NCBI GenBank assembly: GCA_030265395.1
Contig: JARFYF010000017.1
Location: 19,588,768 to 19,652,767 of the forward strand
Direction: 5' to 3'
Length of the DNA stretch: 64,000 nucleotides
Source of the DNA: Rhina ancylostomus
Lineage: Eukaryota
Shown here in pieces: positions 26,011 to 37,942 of this stretch. Numbering within the stretch: the first letter of the stretch is position 1; the number at the start of each line of letters is the position of its first letter. The notes beneath the pieces were generated by a model that ran no database searches, had not been told where the DNA came from, and was given only the letters and a program-made list of their open reading frames with translations. The translations under genes were made by a program, and so were the position numbers.

Positions 26011-27751
26011 TAAATGGAAACTCATAAGGCTTGAAAATCTGTTCTTAGGCAGTGTCCAATGCTGCTTTTAGTCAACTGTTCCATTGTAATTCCCACTGAT
26101 TTGTTAATTCATTTAATCCTTTTCATTGATTCACATGGCATATAAGGTCTTAAGAAGATATTCTCAGTCCTGTTGGTCTGTGGTGCGATGGTGGTATCCC
26201 ACATTGTTACTTGACTTCATCTCTTTCTCTGCTGTTCTTCAGTGTCTGTTTAGGACTGCCTTTCACCTTTCTTGAGTGGTGATCACTGTAGGGTGGTTTT
26301 TCACAGTTCCATTCTATACGACCCAGATCATCTCCATCTCCTGTTCACAATTTTTTACTTAGCTCTCTGTTGTAGCTTATGGTTTGATATTCTTTTTGGT
26401 CAAAAAATTCCAAGCATTTCCTTCAGCCACTTGCTTTGGAAGGAACCTACCTCGCAAGCTATTCTTTTTGTAGGCTTCAAGCATTCTAAATCTCTTACCA
26501 AGTGAAAAGATATTCTGTTATGTTCAGAATCTGCCAGAAAATGATGAATGTCAAAAACTACTGCACAGGGACTTTGAATTCAAGGTTATCTTCAATAACC
26601 ACTGTGTTGTCAACAAGGAAATATACCATAGATATAGTACATTAGTTGTCTTTCATATTTACAAATATATCAACTAATTTGGCTGTAACCTCAAGAACAA
26701 ATAAATAGCAGACATGTATGTTGTAATCAGCAGGTAAATGCAGAGCCAACAATACATAAAATCTCACTTTATTAAATTTCTACATCATCAGTGAAGATGG
26801 CCAAAAGCAAGACTCAGTGTATGATGACAGGGTGATCACAACTTTCATAAAATATACTTGAAACTGAAGCCAAAATATTCTCTTAGTACTGGCTATATTT
26901 AAGTTTAAATATATTATAGTGTGCCCTAGTTAACCGGTAGAGAGCCAGCATTTTAAGCACAATAAGTCCGGACGCTATTATTGTAGAGAAAGTTTGTGGG
27001 TGATACTGGTGTGATCATACTGTTGGCTTAGAACAGTCAAAGGCTCAGGTGGCAGGGAGCATGCTTGCTTTGTAGCAGCAGTGCAGCCTGTTGATTAGGG
27101 TCTTTCAGCACTGTGGCATTAAGTGGATTTCTCCCAATGGTGGTTGCTCAATGACTTCTGAACCAGCACAAACTGTCTTGAGAATAGGGACTTCCCAAAT
27201 GGGAAAGCTGAAGGCGTATCAACCCTGGTCCCCCATCGTTGTTAAACTTCTTATCAGACAATCGAAGAGCAAACTTGTTGGGCTCAGTAACAGATCATAA
27301 ATGGAATGCGCCCTTCAAAAGGAATGCACCCTTTTGAAGAGGATCATTCCCAGATCATAAACAACATGGCAAAGCTACATTTTTCTGACACTTTTGAAAC
27401 AAAAGAAAGGGAAGCAGGAATAGGCTATATTGCCTTTGAACCTACTCCTCAGATCAGGCTTTGTTTAACTTTGACTGCTTTCTTCAGCAGTGATAGTTTT
27501 TAACCTGTAAACCAAATGTCATGGTGATATTGTGTGCAGGGGTTGATTTTCATCATAACCCTTTGGTATAGATAATTTTATTCGGCTGATTCTACTGACA
27601 GATTTGAAAGTTTAATGCTAGGGATAGTGCTAGAATTTGATTTGGATGAAGTGGTTCATTGGTTAAAGAGGAATTCTGAATCCTAAGTGTAATTAGTTAA
27701 TCCAAATTACGCATGCTCTCAGTGGATGGGATCCTCCATTTCTCAGCCCAA

Positions 27752-27766
27752 CCACTAGATGGAGCA
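27752..27766 (+). promoter_or_regulatory. Candidate CTCF core motif CCACTAGATGGAGCA
   Basis: Close match to consensus CCAC(C/T)AG(A/G)(G/T)GGCGC with one C>A change; motif only, binding unproven. Confidence 0.4.
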
Positions 27767-28484
27767 TTACGTGGTGGTAGAAATTCATTTCTGTTTGAAA
27801 GGAGGTCTGGAAAGTGGGGAAGGGGTTTAGGGGTGGTGGAGGGCATCAGGTGGAGAGAACTGAATACATTTGTCTTTTTTAAAAGTGTGAAACCATAAAC
27901 TGAATTTAAAGCTGACTCTTCCTAGGAATTGAATTTTCTGAAATTAGGAAGTGCCATTCATAGTTGCAGAGCTTCTGTGCTATAAATAAAGAGCTTGTTG
28001 TTATTAATTTACTGTAAGTTGGACAAGGTCAGCTCTTGGTTTTGTCTGGTCAATGATGTATTAAAGATTGTGTAGTAAGAGGCATTAGACAGATCTGTAC
28101 AGCACAGAGGTTTTCACCTTCCACTGATGAGCTCACCCATCGCACNNNNNNNNNNNNNNNNNNNNNNNNNNNNNNTATTGACGCAGTAATGGGATAATTA
28201 GCTCTACCTCTCTGCTGTTGCTCAGACATAACACAAGTTTCACTGCAGCAATTTAAAACTGTTTTCTGCATTGAGCAAATTTCTTTAACTTGCTTTTTCC
28301 CAAGCTGTCTATTTTTCAGTTTGTAGCTGAAATTATTAAGAATGTTTTTCTTTTGCTTCACTCTGTGCTGATCAGCAGACTTGGACCAGTTTTGAGTTGC
28401 CATTTTAAATATTAGGTTGGCCAAAAAAACTCTTATTGTACATTGACATCATTTTGCTATAAGATAATATCAAAAATTCCTAAT

Positions 28485-28655
28485 GGTGTCTAAATGAAAT
28501 AAAAACAGTGTAAAAAACACCCAGTATTTCAGTCAGAAACCACATAAAGAACAGGCAATTTAGTGTTCAGAAATTCATCAAAAGGATTTTAGCTCAAAGT
28601 GTTATTCTTTCTCCAGATGCTGATTGACCTTGAGTGTACTTCCAGCATTTTAGTT
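28485..28655. mobile_element. Degenerate short repeat with inverted Penelope-like terminal segments
   Basis: Left part 'tgaaataaaaacagtgtaaaaaacacccagta' resembles 45925-46042; right part 'ttctccagatgctgattgaccttgagtgtacttccagcatttt' resembles its reverse complement. Confidence 0.45.
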
Positions 28656-29436
28656 GCCGTAATTTTCAAAAGATTAGGAAATCTTGCATTCCTCAACCAA
28701 GTGAGGGATATATGGAAGAATTCTCAGTAAAGAAAGCAATTCCTGGGTTGAGTTAAAATGTTGTTCTTTTGAAATGACTTTAATATGAGACGTGTTCTGC
28801 AGTCCTGACTAATTTCTGTGTGACACCAAAATGGTCACCATCGCCAATATCCTTAGAGGCTGATTGTAGTTAAAATGAATAATAAATCTTTCTTTTAAGC
28901 TGCATTCTATGTTAGAATTGTATAATCAAATAATGCAAATAAAGCAATTTTGAGCTTGGTTGGCCATATTTTGAGCTTTTCTTTCTATTACTACGTGCAT
29001 ACTACATGTTTACCTTTGAAACCTGTACAGGCTAAAGTTTAAATCTAATCTGGCATTAACTGATAGGAATCACTGTCCCTGAAGGCTAATAACTGATCAG
29101 AAGTAAAATGAGTTTTGACCATCTCAGTCTTGTATTCAGGGACAAGAGCATAAAGCAAACTCTTAAGCATGGCTTACCGTCAACAAATCAAATAAATAGG
29201 CATCGCTCACTCTCATCTCTACCGATTGAACATTGCAGCAGATTGGTCATTTAATTTGCATAAAGCGTTACCATGTGGCAGATTTTATCCCCAGACAATG
29301 ATGGAAGATTCAACCTAATTAACAGACACAGCACTGTCAGTGTTGGCTTTAGAAAAAGAGTTCAGGTTTGGACATCACTTTCTGGCACTGTCACCAAGCA
29401 TTTCATTCTTGCTCTTTATTCTTTGGTTTTATGCAG

Positions 29437-29933
29437 TTGGTGGTGAGATTCCTATTGACATGCGACTGGGAGGTGGGCAGCTGGTGTCAGAAGAACTCAT
29501 GAACCTTGGCGAAACATTCACAACCACAAATGACCCTTCCTTGAAGCTTTTTCAGTGTGCCGTCTGCAACCGATTCACCACGGACAACCTGGAGACACTC
29601 GGTCTGCACATGAACATTGAGCGCCACCTGCCCGAGGAGGAGTGGAAAGCAGTCATTGGTGATTCCTACCAGTGTAAGCTCTGCCGCTACAACACCCAGC
29701 TCAAAGCCAACTTCCAGTTGCACTGTAAGACAGATAAGCACGTGCAGAAATATCAGCTTGTGGCACACATCAAGGAAGGAGGCAAGGCCAATGAGTGGCG
29801 GCTGAAATGTGTAGCCATTGGGAACCCAGTGCACTTGAAATGCAACGCATGCGACTACTACACCAATAGCATCGAGAAGCTGCGATTGCACACCGTCAAC
29901 TCAAGGCACGAAGCCAGCTTGAAATTATACAAG
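29437..29933 (+). CDS. zfhx3: ZFHX3 second coding exon (497 nt), zinc-finger cluster
   Basis: Pyrimidine tract then TGCAG|TT; G(15888)+TT gives Val, joining ...[25 protein letters not shown] as in human ZFHX3; fingers CAVCNRF...[47 protein letters not shown]; donor AAG|GTAAGG, phase 0. Confidence 0.96.
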
Positions 29934-30754
29934 GTAAGGAAAGCAACATTCTTCCAATATGGTCCTTCCTGAATCACAGTGAAGAGCAATCATTAAATTC
30001 TTCATATATGGTATTTCCAAAGCAAATATTTGTTAATGAACGGTTGTCCTTCAGAGCTCTTTTTTATATATTTGATGTTAGGAAAAAATGACAATTATAG
30101 AAACTTTATATATTGTTTAATCATCAACGTACCAACTCTGCATGAAAGTTTGATGTAAAATTGGCGAAGGCAATAACCTGGAAGAACTGTCCATAGATTA
30201 GAAGAAATATTGCTAAAGATAGAAGTACTTTGATATGTGGAACAGAAAAAAAAATTGTTTTTTTCTGCTCTCAGTTCAAATGGTCCAATGAGGTTAGGTG
30301 GCTTGAGGATTCCACATTTAATCTAAGCATAAGGGAGTGACACAAGAGAGCAAATTATTTTGTTTTATTTAAAGAAAAACCTTCCTATTTAATCAGGGTT
30401 CAACATCAAGCTTTCTGAAGACTGGCCCCTCAGGCTGTTGTTCAACAGGCTTCACATGACTGATTGCCTGACTCATTAATCAATGCTCTGATCCATTTTA
30501 GTCAATTAAGTAAATCTGGAATATAAATGTTGACTCCCATTGCAGCACCTCCTAGGGTCTATAGAAAACTATACATACAATTAGTATGAAATTGGTTAGA
30601 TAACCAGTATATATATTATTGTGAACTCATCTCTTTATTCTGATTCTGGACTCTGTGGTTCTGACACTTACCTGTACTCTTCTCTTCCCAACTAATTACA
30701 CAATATCAATCCTATACATGTGCTGCATGTATTTTTCAATGCAAAGTTCAAAAA

Positions 30755-31500
30755 GATAAGTCAAGGCCATTTGGCCCACATAGCCCATTTATCCCAAGAA
30801 GCTGTAATCTGGTTCAATGTAACCATTATTCCTGCTTCTACCCATTCATCCTAAGAAGCAATGCTTTCTTGCATTGTCTATGACGTTCTTAATTTTCAGT
30901 GCTTACTTGTCATGCAGTTATAATTTAGTTAGAATTAGTACTTAGGATTTGCCTTTTTGTATTCCACTGGGTGCCATATATATGCTAACTGTTTCTTTTC
31001 TATGCTGAAAGATTCTGAGGTTTTAGCTTTTCCTCATTACTCAGACATCTAGGATCATAGATCTGCTTTTTGACCCTCCTATGCAGCAGTTCCAGGGTCT
31101 GAAACTTTCTCCTGATACCCAAGAATGCAACATGGGCAGCAAGATCAAAGCTTTAGTTTCTTGGCTTCAAACCCATTTTCTACTCTTTTGACAGTATAGC
31201 TCAAAAATGAATGCAGGTTTATTGCTTGCAGCTCTGTGGTGCCTGGGCATGCTCATTGTTGAATCTATCATCCTCACCCTCTTCTCCAGCTAGTCAAGTA
31301 CCCTTACATTTACATGTTTATTACAACAAATGTACATGACCTTCTTCACTTTATTCTTTCTGCCAGAGTTCTGCCCACTTACAAATACTGTCTAGGTTCC
31401 TCTGAAATGTGTAGATTGTTATATCTGGCAAGACTTCCCACCCCACCCCTCCCAATTCTAGTTTGTGATCATAAGTAAAAATGAACAAACTCTGTAGTAT
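30755..31500 (-). mobile_element. Very old CR1 fragment
   Basis: Starts with tail-like 'aggccatttggccca'; later 'aaatgtacatgaccttcttcactttattctttctgccagagttctgcccactt' (reverse: KWAELWQ..) and 'tttgtgatcataagtaaaa' (FADDTK-like remnant). Confidence 0.5.
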
Positions 31501-34500
31501 GTCTGGGTCTAGAGTTTGTACGCTCGTCGGAAATTCCAGGACCTCCAGAACCTATCTGCTTGGGTCATTATCATAAACTCAAGTAATTCACCTTCAAGCA
31601 ATAATTTCACCTGTTGTGTACTTCTGAATCTCTAACATTTGCTATGTTGCATCACATTCATTCCCCCTGCCCCATCCCACTTCTTGGAGCCACAAACATG
31701 AACACACTCTAGCAACATGTCCAGTAAGTGTCTTCAACACCCTCTTTGATTTACTCTCTGCAGTTCCCATATACTCTTTCTCTCTTGACAGCTGTACATT
31801 CTTCTGTCCTCATTTCATACTAATTCTCTTTGCTTTCCTGTACACTCTTTAATAATACACAGTATACGAGTACCGATCTTGACTGTCAGGGGAGAAATTG
31901 AATGGACTGCAAGATATATTCTTGACCCATGGAAAAGAGGATGCTGGTTTTGGTAAAAGTGATCATAAAGCAGTCAGAAAGCAGTCAGATTGTTCTAAGT
32001 TCCAACTGGTTCAGTTATCTCCACAAAGGGTTGAATCATGCCCTTCTTACTACATCTGGCTTATATGTAAGTCAATCTCACCATTGTAATTTGCTCTTAC
32101 CTGTCTTCTTAAATGGCCAAGCAAGCCAGTCAAATTGTTGCAAAGCACGAAAGGCAGTGTGGGCTGGGTAATAATTTCCTGGCAACACCCACAATCCAAA
32201 ATTACATTTTCCAAAATCTACTTGGAACTCACCACCTTCCTCTTGGCAAACATGCATCAATCCCACTCCTTCCAGTATTCCTGTTCTTCTCGGGTTAATT
32301 CTTTGTAGTTCTGGATTTGTAGGCAACACCATGAGAGGTGTATGTGCATTGCTCCCCCTTGCACAGATACCTACATCATTTATTACAGTATTCTCTAAAT
32401 TTCTCCAATCTCTTTTTCCTCTGACGTCTGCCCGTCCCACTTTCTCCATGCCCCCTTCCACCTTACTCCCCTGCCATTCTCTTCCCGTCCAACATGACTT
32501 TCCGGTCCATTGGTCTTTAATGTCTGTTCCTCACTTTCACTTTGTCTATATCTGTCCTTCTTATTGCATAGAAAAGAATTGTGGAACAAAACAAATGAAT
32601 GAAGAATGAGATGGGAATAATCTATCAGGATGGTCATTATCTTCATATTCATGTCGATTTGTTTTTTGTGCATTGAAATTGCAAACATCCTCCCCTTTGC
32701 TACCCTGCCCAAAACATAGTGGTGTCTGTGAATTTTGGTGATATGCTGTTATATTTAAAATCAGCAGACTACTGTTCTCAATTCTAAACAAAACTAAGGT
32801 CTATGGACTTGTCTATGAGACAAATTGATGTGATTCCATTCGTCAAAACTTAATTCTCTTCCTTACACAAAAATATCTAACTCCTCTGATATGTTGTGCC
32901 ATGTATGAATGTGTTGTTCTTTTCCAGAGTTGTGTTTGATGTAGCTTTTGTTGATAAGTGAATTGGGGAGTTGGGGGATGGAATACCTGTCGGGGATTTG
33001 GTGGCAGATTCTATTCTATTTTTGATTGTCAAGATTTAAGAGTTACATGGTTGCAGCTTTTAGAACCTGAGATATAAAGGTTTTAATTGTTAGGGCTCTC
33101 AGCTAAGATAACTAGTGTTCAATTTATTTTTGTTGCTGGCTACACAAATATGCAGCACCACATATTTGGAGACTATCCTCCTGGCAAATGTAAGGTCAGA
33201 CTTCTCAGAAATACCTCCGACTTTGAGGTCTGGGACAGCTTTTTGACCGAAAGGAGCAGAGTCCTACTTGAAATCCCAGAGGTTCAAACTGTTTGTTTTA
33301 AGCTTCTTTCAAGATCACACATGGTATAAATTAAGGAATGGTTTCCACTCAGCTGCAGAATTAGTTGCTTTATACATGCTCCACAGAATGCTTTACTAGA
33401 AATGGACCAATTAATATCCTTGACCATACTTTCTGGAGTGCTCTGCATTGTTTCTGAACTTTAAAGGGTTAACAAACATGTATGGATATATTAGCATGTT
33501 TGGTGTTTGATTTTTGTGGCGGTGTTGATCTGTACTGTTATTCAACTTGTTGACTGTTTCTTCTGAAAAAAGGGTAGGAAATGTGATGGATGTAAAAGGC
33601 TTCAGTGGAACTGGTTTGGAGAACATGTTTGCTCCATTTCTCCTAACTTCCTTTCCCCTCGTGAATGGTACTTTACTGCTGAAATGAGAGTTGTCCACTT
33701 GTAAGGTACAAATAAAACAAATGACCAAAATTGTGCTGGCACTTAAATAAATGGCGTGATTGATATTTATGGATATAAAGTGCAATATACAGACATTCTT
33801 CGAGGATACTTTGTGTGATTTTCAGTTTGCCGTGGTGTCGGACAGAAAATATCAATATTATGATGCCGTGGTAAAGATCCTGCTACAGACAAATATGATA
33901 TTTTGAGGAGAGGATAAATCAGTAGGACTTGGTAGAAAACATTAAGAAGTAGTTCTCTTACAGCTTTCAACAAATCTTAATGATATTGGGTCCTGTTTCA
34001 AATCCAGCAATTTTAAAAGGAAAATTGCATAGTTTATGAAAGGGGAGAAAAATAGCTTAACAATCTGACTTGAGGAAACTGTTCAGGTGGGCATGCAGCA
34101 AGCCTGTACCCAGCTCCCTGTAACCTAAGACGGGATAAAGATCCAGTTAATGGTACTCGACTCAGGCAGCTGAATTGCTGTAGACAGTTGTATTGATTTT
34201 CACTGGACTTAAAGCTTCACCTTTTTCTCTAATCATTCCATAATGGCTTTAGTATGAACAATCAGGTACAAATGGCCATAAATCTACCAGCCTTATTCCA
34301 CTTACCTTCCACTCAATGTCAGGCACAGACTTGTAGTTAACCCAACTTGGCAGTAGCTTTGGGACATTTTTTTTTAGTGCCGCTTTCCTGCCAGTAAAGC
34401 TGTTTCATTTTAAAAAAAGCAGAGATAGGATCGCAGAGCAGCCTATGTTTTTGGGAACAGATTCTGTTCTAATCTGACTGCACAGTTTGTCAAAGGACAA

Positions 34501-36504
34501 CTCTGCAACACGGCTCTTTCTTATAACACGATTGAAANNNNNNNNNNNNNNNNNNNNNNNNNNNNNNNNNNNNNNNNNNNNNNNNNNNNNNNNNNNNNNN
34601 NNNNNNNNNNNNNNNNNNNNNNNNNNNNNNNNNNNNNCTTTCTTATAACACGTTTGAAATATCATTCCACAGGCTTGATTATGAGAATGCAGGAGCCAAG
34701 TACTGAATTAAAGCACCCCATTTAATAATACAAACTAGTGATTTATAAGGAAATTGTTGATTGGGTAGAAAAATTTTTCTTCAGTACAGTAAAATGTTCA
34801 TTTCATAAAGAGAATATAAAATGTGTTCTCATTTTAGAGTCCTCCTGAGCAAATTTCTATTTGGTTATCATTCTTCCTGACCCTGCAGACATCATTAGAA
34901 GCCAGAGGCACATGGACCAAGAAACATAAAAGAAATTCAATTCCAATTTTAGAATCAAGCATTCTGCCTTAATTTTCATTTTACATTATAAATCACTTTG
35001 TCTAGAAATTCAGCGCTGGTCAGTAGTGCAAAGCATGCTGTATTGCAGCAACAGCACATTGCATCTGCAATTAGGTTCCACTGAATTGAATGGAATGGAT
35101 TTTGGAGGCCGATTTCAACATGCTGCATCACATTATTGGTGCTACCAACCACGGATGAATTTTCAGACAACTGTGTTAGAACGGAAATTGCCCAAATGCT
35201 GCAATGAAGTCCTCACACTGGTAGTGGTGCTGTAGTAGACTTGGGCAAAATTTGCAAGACTACACAAAATTGTTTTCAACGTAACATTGAGAATTTGATC
35301 AAGGTTCACACTTTGTGAGTAACCACTTGCTAGAAATAGGGCAATTTTAAAATAATTGGAATGAAGTTGAACAAATGCATCTCCTATACAATAAATGGTA
35401 GACTTGAACTTCTACTTCTAAAACTGTCAAATCGGGAGAATTTAGTTAACAAGTGCAAATTATTTATTCATACGTTGTTTCACATTTGTAGAGTAGAGTC
35501 AATGTTAGTATTCGTAAGTAAGCAGCTAATCTTGGAATATCACCTCATTCCAGAGTCCATGAGTACCACCGTAAACATGAAATATGGAGTCTGAGCACTG
35601 AAACAGTTGGTGTGAACCTGTCATTGTTTATGCAGGTGAGAACACATTCACCAACCCCCAACCCTCACAGGTCCCTAACTTTCATGGACTTCGTGCAAAT
35701 GACAACTTTTGAAGACCAAAGCGAGCACTCAACATATTATTAAAAATTGTCAAATTTCTATTTATTTGGAAGATCATTAGATTGCATAACACCTTTGTCC
35801 ACTTTTTGCCTTTGGACTATATGTGGGCAGAAGCAGCCTCAGCATACATCTTATGGAAACCATTCCAATCATCCATCATGTTGGGTTCTGGTCAGGATCA
35901 GTCCACAGTTGACCAGTTATTGACATTAGTAAATAATGTGTGCTATCTCTCACAACCTATGATTTTTTTGGCTATGTGAGAAAATAAATCAGAGAGAGCA
36001 AACACACTAATCGTTTGCTGCTGTCTGATTTAGGGTGAATGGAGCTTAATTGCTTTCCATCTAATTGTTAAAAATGTGCACATCAAAATAGGAGCCTATG
36101 GCTCCTTCTTTAAATTGAAATAAAACAGTAATTCAGAACATAATATTAAGTATGACCAACAAAAAACCTTGAAAAATACTGCATTGAAGTTTAGAGGGAT
36201 ATTCTGGGTATGATGGAATCCTTTTCTTCCCTGCATCTGAGAGTCAGAATTTGAAATCATGAAGACATTCAGAAGAAGCATGGTCGCACTGCCTCTGGCT
36301 CAGTCAGATCTTCACAGAGTTTGGGCAGCTAGATGCAAATTCTCAGTGGTCATGGTCACACAACTCAGAAAAAGTATATACTCAGCACTGATCAGTATAT
36401 CAGTTGAGCAGAAGGACTCATCAGTCTGCTGAAGAAAACAGTATAATGAAACAAACTGGAATTACTCTAGCTCTTTTCATATCCCCCTGACAGCTGAAAG
36501 TACA

Positions 36505-36765
36505 TACCAGCCAGTGAAATAGTTTTGAAATATAGTCACCCATGTTTTATGGACAAGCACAGTGGCCAATCACTAACCAGTAATATCACACGAACACCAA
36601 CAAGAATAAGAGGACATGTAGTCTATATTTAACTGTATTAGTTCAGGGATAAATGTTAGCTAGGACAGCTTACCAGATGTTTAAATAGTACATTGGATAT
36701 GCACTTGAGCAGGCAGAGAAGACCATGGTTTAATGTTTCATCTTGCAGATAAGTACATTGAAATA
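36505..36765 (-). mobile_element. Deu-domain SINE relic
   Basis: 'cagccagtgaaatagttttgaaatatagtca...agggataaatgttagctaggaca...cacttgagcaggcagaga...ggtttaatgtttcatc' parallels the reverse complement of 50060-50465. Confidence 0.6.
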
Positions 36766-36989
36766 AGATGTCAAAATCATGAATGGTCTTTGAGGTAGAA
36801 AACAGCAAAGAATTAATGGGAATATTATGAGGTAAATAATGAAAACTGTGGGTAATATGTTTGCAGGTGATAAACAAAGCAAGTAAAATGTTGGTTCGTG
36901 TAATAATCATTGCAAGATGTTTTTTGAAATTATATTTGGCCTTGGTTGAAGCCGTATCTGGAGTAGGTATTCGCTCAACATGTGAAATT

Positions 36990-37025
36990 ATTGGATGAAA
37001 CCATTGGATGAAATATTGGATGAAA
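36990..37025. repeat. ATTGGATGAAA x3 short tandem repeat
   Basis: Copies at 36990, 37003 and 37015. Confidence 0.9.
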
Positions 37026-37923
37026 TAGTTGTGAAAATGATTTCTCAAGGAACAGAGTCTACACTGTGCCTTTACTCTCTGGAGAAGATGGGGATTGGGA
37101 CCATCTAATAGAGAGCTTTCTATTTTTTGCAGATATGGAATACTTTTACTTTTTTTCTTCTTCGGGCTCAAGTTTTGAGAATTAGGAAACTTGTCAAAGT
37201 TTAATGCATCAAATGGAAAGGGAATTTTGCCTTTGATCTTAGAAAGATAATGATAAGGCAGGCATCATTATTACTTTGGGCAAAACTGTTCTTTCAATAG
37301 CTATTACAGGATATGAATGTTTTATTTCAGTATTGGCACTGCGCTTGTACAAAAATTTGATGATGATATTGTTCATCTTTGATCTCTAAAACTGCATCCC
37401 AGAGTAGCCTAGGACAGCTGGCTCAGAACAAGGGAATGGAATGGGAATTGGAAAGGGATAGGGGTGCTTACACTGCTGGGGGAGAAGTGTGTGCAAGTGC
37501 ATGCATGTGTCTATGTATGCACACACAAATATGTGTGTATATGCATGTACATATACTTAAGCTGAAGCTCCTAAAGCTCCTTGCTAAGTGCCTCTTAATG
37601 CACTTCACTTTAGTGTTTATTGCTAATGTTTCATCTCTGATCTTTGATTTTATTTTACCATAATCTATTACATGTTTTGATTTATAAATTACGCTAAATA
37701 CTTTATTGAGGCTTAAATAAATAGCAGGTTGCTAAACCTATAGACGTTCTTAACGTTAAACTATTTAAAATTTATACAGTTCCCATTTACGTCTTTACTC
37801 TTTCTTCCATCCGCCACCCCTCCTCCGTTCTCCAGGATTTGAGATGGTCAAGGAAATGGATTTTTCCACCATTCTCACCTCCCTTTCCCCTCTCCTGTGG
37901 GCCGAGCATTCTGGAAATAGAAA

Positions 37924-37942
37924 CTGCTCCTCCTGGTGGCCA
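37924..37942 (-). promoter_or_regulatory. Candidate CTCF motif TGGCCACCAGGAGGAGCAG
   Basis: Reverse complement of ctgctcctcctggtggcca, compared with consensus TGGCCACCAGGGGGCGCTA; motif only. Confidence 0.45.

Noticed and set aside
29340-29436. N-terminal extension of the 210-aa ORF and in-frame upstream AGs at 29340 and 29352
   Set aside because: Non-ATG start, the translation is mostly the polypyrimidine tract, and the upstream AGs lack good pyrimidine tracts
29570-29595. CACCACGGACA resembling a REST/RE1 site
   Set aside because: The left half (TTCAG) is missing and the sequence is explained by the codons for FTTD
29487-29891. 134-aa antisense ORF
   Set aside because: Reverse-strand shadow of the second coding exon
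36990-37025. Triple ATTGG as an NF-Y promoter
   Set aside because: Spacing of 12-13 bp and identical flanks indicate a simple tandem duplication
36656-37171. 171-aa minus-strand ORF starting with PKKKKSK
   Set aside because: Non-ATG start; runs through a tandem repeat and a SINE relic; the NLS-like run derives from a T-rich tract
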